The position numbers and the translations under genes were made by a program. Shown here in pieces: positions 51,179-63,923 of a stretch of 64,000 nt of DNA; the stretch's first letter is position 1, and each line of letters opens with the position of its first letter. The notes under the pieces are model-generated. The model saw only the letters and a list, made by a program, of their open reading frames with translations, was not told the origin of the DNA and did no database searches. Location: assembly GCA_000708835.1 (NCBI GenBank), contig DF237129.1:94907-158906 (forward strand), read 5' to 3'. The stretch comes from Klebsormidium nitens. Taxonomy: Eukaryota > Plantae > Klebsormidiophyceae.

Positions 51179-53251
51179 GACAGGCTGAGAAGGGATAATA
51201 GTAGGCTTTCCAACAAGGGAGTCTTCGAAAGGGAGAGGCCGCGAGTGAAGCGTCTGTGCTCTGTCATTTGTGCATCTGCTGCTCGTTCTTTACCTAAGTA
51301 ATCAAGAGGCAGCTTTGCTAATTCAATGCTTCGCCTTCAGTTCGTCAGACTAGCTTGTAATTAGAGTCTTCAAAGCCTCACGCTCTGGACACGCATCTCC
51401 CTCACCTTGCATACGCGATTCGTGCTCAAGCCTCTCCTGTGTGAAGACCTTCCCTTACGACACGAAGAGTGCGCCTAGAGTGTTCTCATTACAGAATTCG
51501 CTTAATTCCGAATAATTCGAGGACGCATGTAGCGCGTTTTGAGGTGGGTTTGCTTCGAACCGTTTGCAAACAGTTGATATGGAGTTGAGTTCATTCAGGC
51601 TTCGAACTCCCGTTGCCTCCACTAAGTGCGGCCGTAGTGGTCTGTCAAGCGGGATTTGATATGCGCCACGCATCGAAGTGTTCGTGCTCCAGTTATAGAG
51701 GGCGGTTTCAACCGCTACTTGGGGCCTTCAAACGTGGGCGATTGATGGTCCAGAATTGGGACTGCCCTGTACCGATTCCTCGGGCGGTACGTTGGGCAGG
51801 GATCCGCTTCCAAGTGTCAACACCGGGACTCCGCCAGAAGCTACCCACGGGGCTCGAAGCGGAAGCTCGGAAGATCACATCTAAACTTCCAACTGAAAGT
51901 ATATTTGGGTCTTAGGATCTATCGGCACTTCGTGCTATAGATTCTCTTTGGCGTGTTCTGTCCTCAAAAGCTCGGAACATTCTTGAAACTGCGTTGGCGT
52001 GTACTGTCCTCGAAAGATCAGACTATTCTGTGGATGACATTGCGCCCTGTTCGGGGCATATGCAAGGCGGTGCTAATTCGGTGCACTTTTTGACTTGCAG
52101 AACGGGCGAACGCGCGCTTCGAGACGACCACTACCCGGCTTCGTCTTTGTGAGTAACTGACACATGAAGTCGATCTGGGTCAATCAGCTCATTAAAAAGC
52201 CAGCTTCGTCATTTTCGATGTAAAGAGCCAAGCGGGGGTTGGTTGAGATTGTCGACAAACTAAACGCGGTGCTATGTGTTTGAAGATGCATTCCTCTTCT
52301 CTTCCCAAACTCTTTCTAACCTGCCGGTAATAATACCCACATTCAGCTCGTTCAAAGCCCTTTTTACCGCTCACTGTCACTTCGTACTTTGAGCAAAACA
52401 CAGCGAGCAGGATAATTACACAAGAAAGATTAAAGTAAGCCAAGCTGATAATGGCTCCAACTGGCACGGAAAACCCTAACCCGATCAGGAACCTGCTCTG
52501 CACTCTTACCCACCTAGCTAAGCCCTGAATTAACCCCACCCGTCGGTGCGGTTTCCTTATTTTATCATCTAGGTTTACTATTATCTTTCTTGACTTTGAT
52601 TGCTGGAGGGCATTGGCCACGCTACAGGTGTAATTGAGGAACACCGTGACAATTTCAACATGGATGTGGAAACACACAAACAATCTCGACCCCATTCCGA
52701 TTCAGACTTTTACCATAACGAGGCCGAGCTGACACGATTTCAAGTAACCGAGCTTGACGCAATCTGTTTTCGTATCGAGGCTCACTATAAACCACGTTCC
52801 ATCTTGAGACCGTCACTAGATAAATGGCGCTTCGGTTTTCTGCAGCCCTTGTGGCTTTTTACTTGTCACAAGGATCCATTCTCGATATCGAGCGATCCGA
52901 TGCCCCCTCCCTGACGTCTATGCCATGTGGATTAGCAAGTCAGAGTAAAAGCTTTGTCGACCAGTCAACCCGCCTGAACGAGTGGCTCCTATGAAGACGA
53001 CCGAACTCCTGCAAGGAGATTAAGTATACGTAGCGATGGTAGAAGATTCTTCCTGTGCTATAAATCAACACGAAAGGGGCGGCTCATGAACACAAGTTGA
53101 AAAGCGTCTCCTTCTCTGGATCAGGATCTTGTCACCTTTTGTCTTCTCTAGCTTCCCATAACATTCGTCAGTTCCTCGTGCAACCTCGGGCTGTTAGAAG
53201 CAGTCTGGCTGCGGCCCTCACCTTTTAGCTTGCACCGGCTGAAGAACGCAA

Positions 53252-56200
53252 ATGGCGCGCGCAACTTCTCTGCCGTCCATTCTGGTGCTGGCTGTGCTGC
53301 TGACGGCTTCCACGGTGAGTGCGCGCGCACGCGCGCTTTTTTTCCAAGCGCGCGTAATTGGCGCGGCAGGTTCTCGGATGCACCCCCTCTCGATTTGCTG
53401 CAGCTAGCCGTCAAATTCAGCGCTTCTCTAAACGGAGATTCGCGGTTCTACATGCCATTCTCATTGTCAGGAAGTTTCAGGAAAGGACAGGAGTTTGGAC
53501 GCGGCCTCTCCTCATGCCGTCTCCTGCCAGGAGAGGTTCCCTGGAACGGACCTCAGTCCAGCAATTCGCGACGTTGATTCATCTCACTCGTGATATTTCT
53601 CGTGCTAACTTTTCTCCAATTCAGTATCAATTCTGATTTAAATGTAGATCTGAGGCTGGTCTCAATCATGTCCTGGGTTTAGCGCATGGTTCCATCTCAT
53701 TTGGAAGTCCGCTTTCTAAGGTTCTTCGTGTCTCCATTGAGCTAAAGCAACCCTACCTGTTTTCCGCAGGGGCTCGTGTACTCTACACCAAATGGAAAGG
53801 GGGCGAAACATGGGGAAACAGGTAAGCCAGAACTTTAGAAAAACTCCCCAAACAGCCCCGTTTTCTCTGTATGGTTGCCTTGTAACGGCCTCAATCAAAG
53901 AAGTTGCGCCATACGTGCTGATCTATTAAGCTATTACGCTGTTTTCTCCATTCTGTATCTCTTCAATACTCTGGTGAAACAGAGCGCGTCTCTTTGAATC
54001 TTTAAGCGCTCTCGCAAACCTTCAACTCACAGTCCAGAACCGCTCAACCGCTAGACCGTGTATACGCTGACATGTCAGCTCTCACACGATTGAATGCGAC
54101 TTCTGGCGGGACGTCATTGACCGAGACGGGTTTTCGATAGCGTCATATGTCGATTTGCAATCCTGATTCAGGATCCGTTGCTTGATTTACCGAAAAAGAT
54201 ACAAAAAGCATCGTTTCCCCTCTGTACTTCTCTAGGCAGCCCCGCACGAGCGCCGGGCCCTTCGACTTCGAGGACCCGTATACCCGCCCCCGCCCCCGCC
54301 CCGGGCCCTCAGCCTGCCTCACCGCCCACAAATTCTGCACCTTCTGTGTCTCCCGGTTCTCACTCCCGGGCACCAGTGGCTCCAACCCCCAGCACCGTTG
54401 CGCCCGGTCCGATCGACCCATCAAACGATGTGCCGATCAGCAACGAAGTAAGAGGTGAGAGACCTGATCGAGATGCTTGGACTCTCTGGCTTTCTCGCGT
54501 TCTCTTCGCACGGACGCTTGTCGTCCGCCTCGTGATCTTTTGCGTGCGGGTTCAACGCTGGCCATAACGAAAGCCGTAAAGACTGCTCCTGGACCACTAA
54601 AAGGTCTACACATGTCGGGATATCTACAAATAAGATTGACAAATACCCCGCGCGCAAAAAGACCTATCCAACATTCGCGCCGCAACCCCCCTACCGCAGC
54701 TCTTTTCATCGGCCCCGGCCTAGTCGACTTCATCGACCCCCCCCCCAAGAGCAGCTTCATCGCACCCCCCTCAACGACCGCAACCAGCGCCACCGACCCT
54801 GTCAGCGCCATCGGGTTCTGGCAACAGCCGCTCGCGTTTCCGGAGCGGATCACAACTTTCGACAGCCGCACCTTCAAGCAGACAATCTTCAACGTCACCC
54901 TGGGCGAGTTTGAAGTCATTGGGGTACGCACTTCCGCACTGCCAGCTATTCTGCAAAGAAGCTCGTGACGAAGAATAGCTTCTCTGGTCAGGAGCTTCGT
55001 TTCATTCTTTCTATAAACATTATGCCGATCACAAGTGTTTTCAAAGACTCGTAAGCGAAGCTGAGCACAAGTTCCAGAACGAATCTGGCATCAAGCTCAC
55101 GTCAGAAAAAACAGTGATCAGCTGCAGGGCTGCACTTTTCTCTACCTCCGATGTCTTTTCGCTGACCCCGCTTCAACTCCTGAGGCGCTCTTGCTTTGGA
55201 AAACCCTAGCATCGATGCATTCGAGACTGTTTACTGTTCCGCATGGATCTTGATACGTCTTCTAATTTCCACAGACGCTGCATCCCGCGATCGCAAACAG
55301 TACCGCCTTGCTGGCGTACGGTCGGTCCGCCACGACCGCCAACCTCCCCGGGCCCACGTTCGAAGTCCTTCAGGGGCAGCCACTCTTCGTCACGGTCGTC
55401 AACAAGCTCCCGGGGAATAACACCGGCTCGCTTGCCAACGCGATCGACTACACGCTAACCTTCCTGCCACCGCCCCCAGTAAGCTCCGTCTCTCGGGCGC
55501 GCGCGTGCGCGCTTTTGACAGATATTAGCTTCCTTGCTTACCGAGAGATCAGAGAATCCTGGTCCGACTAGGGTTTTCTCTCAAGTACGTGAAGTGTACC
55601 CCTTCTTGAGAAAGTTGCGGCTAGACTTCCCTCGAGATGTCCTCGATCCGCTGAGTGCGTAGGCTCAGACAAAATGTTTTACCAATTATTAGGATGCGCC
55701 GGGCTGGGCACGTGACCTGAATCAACAGCCATTCTTGCGAGCGCTCCGTTCAACAGGCTGTTTCGAATCCGTGCTGAGACTAGACACATTCGCTTCCCGT
55801 GACGACTCCGAGAGACCAACTTTCACGCGCCTTCTCTCGCTAAACCTTCTCCACGTCATCAGACTCTGGAACCCCAGAACCCGAAAATCCTAAACTAGAA
55901 GCCTGAAACCCTGAAACCCTGAAACCCAAAACTCTCCCAGGGCAAGGGCGTCTTCACCAGCGTTCACCTCCACGGCGGTATCCAGGAGCCGCAAAGCGAC
56001 GGCAATCCCGACGTCTGGTTCACCAACCCCGATCTCTGCGACTACAGCACAGAAACGTGTGTGGGGCCGCTGTTTAATGTCTCCAACAAGTACCTGGACC
56101 CCCCCGGCCAGAAGACGCACTTCTACCCCAACATAAACCCCGCGACGCTGCTCTTTTACCACGACCACGGTGCGTTCCCTCTGCAAACCCGGTGCGCCGT

Positions 56201-59200
56201 CAACTGTTTAGTAGAATCCGTCTAAATGTCCCTTATTCCTAAGTTCTGTCTGATTCATCTCGGACGTCCGAAATCGGCCAGAACGAGAGTTTCCCGGACC
56301 GAGTACCTCCGCAACGCGTCCGGCCGCGCACACTCTGAAGGAGCTCTCTTGAGTGTTTATTGTCTCACGATTTTTCTCGAATTCTTCTGTCTTTCAAGAG
56401 AGTCGTCTTTTCTTACGAACACAAGTCAAAAAGCGCTTGCACATTGGAGGTTTGGCCTCAAAAATGATTAATGTGACCTGCGCACGCGTTTGCAGCTTTT
56501 GGCGTAACCCGGCTGAACGTTTACAACGGGCTTCTCGGGCATTACATCGTCCGCTCGCAGTGGGAGCTCCAGAACCCCGCGCTGCCAAAGGGCAAATATG
56601 AACGGGAGATGGCGATCGTGGTAAGTGCGCACCCGACAACGAGAAATATTAGAAATGTAAGAACCTATTTGGATCCCTTCGGGCAAACTAGCTCGCGCTG
56701 CCGGACGACCGTTGAAAACAATTTTCTTGCTGTTTTTCTGCCTCAGTTCCTGTCCATCCGATCGCTGCCCCCCGAATCCGCTCAGCTGTATCAATCCATC
56801 CTGCGGGGCTCCGCTCAATTCATTGCGCCGAAATCGGCTCACATTGCGTCGATCTGTTTCTCATAAAGCCGCCTGGCAGACCCATTCCTCCATTCCGCCG
56901 GAATCCGCTTGCAGGACGTGCTGCTCAACCCGGACGGCTCGCTCGACTACCCCACCATGGGAGTCACGCCGTTCCACCCCAAGTGGGTCCCCGAGACCTT
57001 CGGTACTTTCATGACCGTCAACGGCAAGATCTGGCCCTTCTTTGAAGTGGAGCGCACGACGTACCGCTTCAGGATCGTCAACGGCTGCCAGGCGCGCTTC
57101 CTCAACCTGCGCCTAGTGGACCCCCAAAGCACAGGCGAGCGGATTGGTCAATACCCACTTCTTGTGTCGCTGTCCTGCCTTCCATCTGGAATGGTGAAAT
57201 TGAAGCTTCGTGTTCCGGAATCAGGGTTGTGTTCACAGGCAACATCAGTGTTAGGATGGTTCTCCACTTCGATTTCGAATTTTAATCAGCTCCAACGACC
57301 CGAGATTTAGAACCCTGACTCCCGTTGGCTTTTCTACTTCGTTGCAGGCAATACGAGCGTCCTCCCCTTCGTCCAAATCGGCGCGGAGCAGGGCTTCCTC
57401 CCCGCGCCCGCGGTTTTGGACACCATCCTGATGGGCAACGCGGAGCGCGCGGACGTCCTCATCGACTTCTCGCGCATGCCCGTCGGCGCCGAGATCATCA
57501 TGAGCAACGACGCGGCCGCGCCGTTCCCGGACGGCCCCGCGCCCGTCTTCGGCGTGAACGGCACCGCGTCCGTGCTCAAGTTCATCGTCGTCGCGCACGA
57601 CGCGCGCGCGGGGCCGACGCGCGGCGTGCCCGACCGCCGCGCCGTTGGCAAGTTCGTCCCCCCCGCCGCCATGGCGGCCGCGCCCCCGGTGACGAAGACG
57701 CGGCCGCTGCTGCTGCTTGAGAATCTGACCCCGAGCGGAGCTACGATTCAGTTGACTCTCAATGGGCTGCCTTATAGGAGCCCGCTGACCGGCGCGCCGA
57801 TTGTAACCGAGCTGCCGGCTCAGGGCACGACGGAGCTGTGGGAGATGTTCAACCCGACAGCGGATTCGTGAGTGGTTGGTTTTTCTTTCCCAAGAGATTT
57901 GACTCGTGAGAGCGGCTCATTTATGAACGTTTGCGAAAGAGGAGAGCTAGGAAGCTTCAGTGGGTTCATGTCCCATGGCGTATCTTAGATCCCCATCCCT
58001 TGATTAGGTCAAATACTTCTCTCGAATACTGGTTCAGCCTGCTTCTCTATCAAAAGGCTAGCCTCACTGTGGGTTTTTTTCCCCATGCTTTCCTGGGCTG
58101 CTTTTCCAGGCATACGGCAAAGTAAGATCATTGATTATAGGTGACGTTTACAGCTCCGTCGTTTTGATGAGACCAAGCGCGGGACAGAACGCAGTCTTTG
58201 TCAAAGCTGTTGGTCTCCTAAGGCTTTCGAGCATCGTCGCAAATTCATGCAGGGGTCGTCATCTTTGAGGGATGCCTCTTTCACCCCTTCAAAGACAAAG
58301 AGGTTCACAGCTAGATTCCTCCTTTCCGCCTATATACAAACCGTCTCTGCTGGGTCCACTCACATTTGGTCGAATGTTAAAAGACTTGATATCTCATGTT
58401 CGGCACAATCATATGCTAATTGCCTTTTCCATACCCAAAACATTGCATAATACCACAAAATTGACTTTCTCCTTCCCCAGGCATCCCATCCACACCCACT
58501 TGGTCGGCTTCCAAGTGCTCAACCGCCAGCCGTACAACACAACTTCCCCCCCCACCAGCCCCGTGTTCACCGGCCCCCCCGAGCCCCCCGCGCCCAACGA
58601 AACGGGGATGAAGGATACGGTGAAGGTTCCCCCGGGCTTCGTCACTCGGATCCTCATCACGTTCGCCCGCCCGGGGTGGATCCCCGGGCAGGGGCCGCCC
58701 TTCCCTTTCGACCCCACGCCCCAGCCAGGCTACGTGTGGCACTGCCACATTCTCAGTGAGTCGTCAGAGTCTGCGCCTTCTGGTTTCCGAGTGATAAACA
58801 GAAAGCGGACGGATTTGACAGATGAGCAAGCTTGATGCAGAGAATAGCATGAGTCCTGCAAGCGCACAGACTCGTATGCAGTACGCTGGAGAGAAGCACG
58901 GATCAGTCCGTCCAGTTTTAGCCTTCAAAATCAATTGCCTGATGACGTCGCGATGAGCTCGTGTATAAGCCGCGCTTGCATAAAAAAACTCGGCTTGACG
59001 TGTTTGCACTTGCCGTCTCAAAACATGGTCTGCGTTCTTTGAGGTGTTCTATTTGCGCTCCTACATTGCTGCCGTCTGTGCGACGGTTTGGTCAACCTCC
59101 ATCGAGGGTAAGTAACGACAATTTGGGTTAATCGTGCTTCTTTTTTCGTGCAGACCATGAGGACAACGACATGATGCGCCCCTACTTCCTGATCGACCCC

Positions 59201-59242
59201 CCGACTTTCGTGAAGCTGAAGGGAAGAGTGCAGTCCCCTTAG
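53252..59242 (+). CDS. Secreted multicopper oxidase, LPR1/CotA/bilirubin-oxidase type, with a Pro-rich N-terminal linker
   Basis: The signal-peptide exon is 53252-53314 (MARATSLPSILVLAVLLTAST). All four copper motifs are intact: VHLHGG, FYHDH, HPIHTHL and WHCHIL|NHEDNDMM (type 1 ligands H-C-H-M). Also present are WVPETFG, VNGKIWP and YRFRIVNG. The stop is at 59242. Confidence 0.94.
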
Positions 59243-60609
59243 CTGAAACAGTTGCGCAGAGGAGGCCGGCGGGTAGCCTCCTCCCGCCGGAGTTTTGAGG
59301 CGGCTACCATCTCTCTTTCCTTCAACAAGTAACTGTTGGATGGAGCGTGTCGATGCCAACCGTTTCTGCTCAAAAGAAAACATGTTCCAGGAGTACAGGT
59401 TTGCGGCTAGAACGTAAAACGTAGCCTCAGCTTAAGAGTCTTCCTGGATTGTCAATCTACTTTTGCCCCATGGGCCAACTTTAGAAGAGTTGTCTGGTTG
59501 CAGCTTCCCAAAATCAAGGGGAACAAATAGCGTTAGTTGCGAGCTTTGCAGGCGTTCGTTGGATTGTGTTTTTTGTAAGCTTTGGCAGGCTAGCCGGACC
59601 GCGGAGTCCTCTATGCAGACGCTGTTGACGTCCGACCAATCGTGTTTGATTGAAGATAGACAAACGTTTTGAAACTCTACGACGTATTATCTACTTCATA
59701 TAGGCACGTCCCACCACTGTCAAACTTTGCCAGTTCCGATCTTCAGTCGCTTACAACCGTCAGCTAGCGGCCGGATTTTCCAAATTCCAACGGATCGTTT
59801 CTCGTAAGAGACCTGCGCGCTTGTTGAACTCCTGTCATTTTTTGCTGCGAAAAGAAATGGCTGCTTCCCAGACAGGTTTCTTGGTCCGGATCGCTCGATA
59901 TCGTTTAGATAGGTCTTTCACTGATGTTAAACATGAACGCGGTTCTCTCGTTCTGGCACCACTTTTGGAGTTAAGTGTCCCTAATATTGAAAGGGTGATT
60001 ACCGGAATTGCGATTGATAGTAAAGCTTGATCAATCTTCGTTACCCTAGCTTGCAGCTTCATGAGCACGGCTTCGTCCGATCAAACCATATTGCTAGCAA
60101 AGCTCGGGGTTACATCGCTATCGAAGCGCAGGGAAAGAAACGCAAGCCGTGGCTTCGGCTGCTCGGCGCTGTTGACTTTCCACCTTTTTGGAATTTTTGT
60201 CAAACCTGTCCGCACTGGACGTTTCATAAACTGAATTCGAACCTTTTGGTGCACGCATCTGGTCGGGGCGAACCTGGGGGTGTTGATATGGTTCAAGTAT
60301 CGCGGAGCCGGAAGCGCCAGGAAGTTGAGTATCGATATCGTGCATCCGAATCGATTGGGCTTTCGTACCTGACGCTAAATTTTTCGAAGTGCGGACCGTG
60401 GACAGGTTGGATGAAAGCTCCAATAGCTTTTTCGATCATCATATATTCTCTCACTATCTATCTCTCATAATTACTGAGACCAGCTCCGTACGTATTCCGT
60501 TATTCAACATATCTATGTGCGAAGTGCTCATTCCGAGTCTCCGAGCCCCTTTGCGACCTTGCCAGGAAATAAGAAACCTGTTGATTGAAAAAGTGGCGAG
60601 TGCAGTAAT

Positions 60610-61020
60610 TTGCCTGTCAATGTATGCACGACATCTGGCGCGGCGGCCCGGTTGGCGGCCCCGCGCACGCCGTCCGCGGCCCGGGCGCGGCCGGACAGTC
60701 CGAATCCAATCCGTGTGGACGGTCGATGTCAAATGTCTCCGGATCGGACGGTCGATCACCCGACGGTGCAGATCGCCACGGGCCAAACCTCTCGCGGATC
60801 GGACGGTTTGCGGCGCCGCCGCACCCTGCCGCCAGGCGGCCCACTGGGCATGGCGCGGACCAGCCGGCGACCGCCAGTTGGCGCGACCTTGCATTCCCAC
60901 CCAACCCGGCCGGGTACGTCTACCGGGCACCCAGGGGCCTGGCCCCTCCGGCATAGGCTATGAGCCAAGAGGGCCCGGCGCCGTTATACGGGCTCAGCCC
61001 GTGCCGTTACCAAGCACTCA
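60610..61020. other. GC island upstream of the right-edge gene: promoter or transposon terminus
   Basis: The region is very GC-rich, with GGATCGGACGGT twice and GGCCCG/CCCGTGCC motifs ending ...gcccgtgccgttaccaagcact. No matching inverted terminus was found in the window. Confidence 0.35.
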
Positions 61021-61459
61021 CAGACCGTTCCCATTCAGCACACCAAAGGAAGACGTCCAGCTTCCTCAGGCTTGTCCATTGAGATGAGCCCTCGCAGTGT
61101 GCAAATCAGCCGCAATCTTGCTCTCACTTTCCACAGTTCACTTTCTTCGGTGGCAATTTCTCCGCGGTTTAGCGGCTTCCGTGTGCGTTAGGCCTCTTGC
61201 AGTAGAATGACAGAGCCAAGCAGGCGTCCTTAGAGAAGCTGCAGGGCAGATTGGTGTGGCTCAGGGCTTTCAGGTTGGCCGGCAACTAATGTGAACAGGG
61301 ATTGGTGTTCTGTGAAGCGTTGTGGGGGCGCTTCCTAGTATCAGTCTCATCATCTCTCTTGGCCTTGTAGGAGCAAATCAGAGCTGGCCCTTCAACTGTG
61401 TCGTCATGGCAAGAGGCCGCCCTCATGGCCGGTCCAAGTCTGACCACAGAGTTTGTCAG

Positions 61460-63923
61460 GCAGCTCGACATGCGCGAGCTGCTGAGTACAAGGAGAGGAT
61501 CGCCATCAGTGCTGAGCAGCAGGAGGCACGGATTGCGGCGGTTAACGCAGAGTGCAACGAGGAAGATGCCCCTCGTAGGCGGCGGGGCCAGAAGCCTGAG
61601 GATCCGAAGACCAAGGCATCAGCTGCTCGGGTGTCCGCACAGGGCCATTCTTGCAAGGCAACTGGCAGTGGGAAAAAGAAAGCAAACAAGCGACTGGAAC
61701 ATGCGCATGGCAAAGCTGCACAAAGAGGTGAGTTTTTGGTGCATGGCTTCTGGGTTAAATGCTGTGAGTTATGAAGCGGACGCAAAACAGAAGCTGGGAC
61801 GTGTTGGTGTGTAAGATAGAAAGGGGACGGGTGGGTTGGCCTTGCAATGTGTACCAAGAAGAGCATTTCTGCCTAGATAATGGAAGGAACGGTGTTGGTA
61901 CACACTACTTTCGGTAGTGCGGTCAGAATGGTTAAAGGGTGGCTGGCTCTGCAGTTACTCAAAGATTCTTCGGAGTCTTAGCGGGCATGTTTGTTTCTGG
62001 GACGTACCAGACTTTGCCTCTTTCTCTTTAGAACATAAGAAGCTGATTCTGGTACATGCTGTCAATCACAAAGCTCCAAGCAATCTTAGCGGGCATGACC
62101 GTCCCTGGGACGTACCAGACTTTGCCTCTTTCTCTTTAGAACATAAGAAGCTGATTCTTGGTACATGCTGTCAATCACAAAGCTCAAAGCAATCTTAGCG
62201 GGCATGGCCGTCCTTGCAGTGTACCAGACCTTGCCTCTTTCTCCTTAGAACGTAAGAGGCTGATTCCTGGTACATGCTGTCAATTACAAAGCTCCAGGCA
62301 ATCTTAGCGGGCATGGCCGTCCTTGCAATGTACCAGCCTGTGCCTCTTTCTCTTTAGAACATAAGAGGCTGATTCTTGGTACGCGCTGGCATTACAAACC
62401 TCCAACCCCACTGCCAGAAGAAAGAGACCTGACTGCAAAAGGCAGGGGCACGCACCAAGGCTTGCATACATCTCCAAGTTTAGACTCCAGGTCCATTACC
62501 CAACCTCTGCGCTTCTTCGTTTCAGACCCGCACAATCTTGACTGCCACGCGTGCGGCGCCACTGCAGAGTTCGGGCTGAGGGGAAGCAAGGAGGGGGGCA
62601 ACGTCAAATACTCCTGCAGGGTGCATGCCACATACAATGGGTGCTTTCGAGTAGACCGAGACCGCGCAGGTGAGAGAATTTTGGGAGCCTGCTGTTGACA
62701 TGGTCTAGATGCAATGCCATGCTCATAGCTGCCCTTCCATTGCCAGTAATGAGCCTTTAGAAAAGACTGTCGAGAGAGATTTAAATGCTCTGTATGCTCC
62801 TGCAGCATGGGTAGAGGACCGAGAGCTGCGCCACCTGAGAGCAGAGGAGAGAAGATTGGAAGAGGAGTTGCGAAATCTGGGAGGGACGTCGCCTGATGCA
62901 AAACAGGGGTCAGGTGAGCATGCGGTCCTCGTTGTGCTGATTCGACTAGGCTGGCTGTTCTCTTGTGCAAAACCAGGTGGCAGCGAGTTGCTTTCGTGCA
63001 TTTGCTACGTCGTGATTCCTTTAGCTGTGGACTGATCGTGATGCTAAGCGATGGCAATCATACGCAGCGCTACACCATTTGCTTCTGCAGCTCCAAACGA
63101 TGACCCCAAAAGCGAGGGGGATTGGACTTCGGTGGCTATGAGCAAGCCGCTCATAAGTGAGTCTCTCGATTTGCAGCTTTGAGTCCGCAATTGGACTGCA
63201 ACTAGAAGAACAGTTGGGCTTGCAATCTAGTATGTAAAGACTCGTAGAGGACTTGCCCCTGACCTACTGTTGCGGTCTCCTGACTTGCCTGGATACTTCC
63301 GGATTGTTCTTGTGAAGGAAGTCCAGCTTCGTCAGACACTCAGCATCTGACGATGTTGTCCCCACTTGCAGCCACGCTCCTCATGATTGGTGGGATTGAA
63401 CAAAACCCCGGACCTACTCCTGACGAGGTGAGCCAGGACAGGGTGAACCTTGCAGTGCAGGGCAAGAACGCCAATGGTTGTACTGGATGACAAGGGAGCA
63501 TCTGCGTGTCTGTCGCAGTGACCATGCTTCTGACAGAGTGGGCTCTAGATTGTTGTGCTCATCATCGATGTCTCTCTACCGCAGATTGCACAACTCGAGA
63601 AAGGCTGGCGGGAAGAATGTCCAAACATCAGGACCGCGCTTCTGGCTCACCTGACGCAGAAGGATCTGGACGTAGATACCTGGAAACGAGCGTCTGTTGA
63701 ACAACGCATGGAGTATCTGACCGAATGGAGAGCCACGTACTCAGGGCAATGGGCAGACGGCTGGGATCTACTCCTCAAAACGGTGCCAAGTAAGCAGCTC
63801 CCTCAACTAGATGAGGAGGCTAGCTTTTAGGTATATGCTTGGAGATCAGGAGTAGAGGTTTGATTTCAAAACGCGTCCTTCAGATGCATCCTTAGGACGC
63901 CGCTCACTTAGAGGTTTCCTTTG
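61460..63923 (+). CDS. Unannotated multi-exon gene (zinc-ribbon-like segment, coiled coil, 2A-like motif); both ends open
   Basis: Six consecutive AG/GT-bounded exons have compatible phases: 61460-61727 (0>1), 62526-62669 (1>1, CHACG...YSCRVH...GCF), 62806-62913 (1>1, coiled coil), 63336-63427 (1>0, LLMIGGIEQNPGP), 63585-63789 (0>1) and 63884-63923 (1>2). Confidence 0.7.
61970..62400. repeat. Tandem repeat of about 109 bp, four copies, intronic
   Basis: The anchor ttagcgggcatg occurs at 61978, 62086, 62195 and 62304 (periods 108, 109, 109). The units are similar along their whole length. Confidence 0.95.

Noticed and set aside
55900-55930. CCCTGAAA x3 as interstitial telomeric repeat
   Set aside because: There are only three copies of a variant unit inside an intron; a simple microsatellite is sufficient explanation.
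32910-59242. Bacterial contamination as the source of lpxA, GH16 and the multicopper oxidase
   Set aside because: All are interrupted by spliceosomal introns and are contiguous with plant-type genes.
60389-61087. Several overlapping ORFs on both strands
   Set aside because: They arise from stop-codon scarcity in a GC island; the translations are Arg/Pro/Gly-rich with no domain signal.
61970-62400. 109-bp array as a CRISPR array
   Set aside because: The units are similar over their full length with no unique spacers, there are no cas genes, and the array is intronic in a eukaryote.
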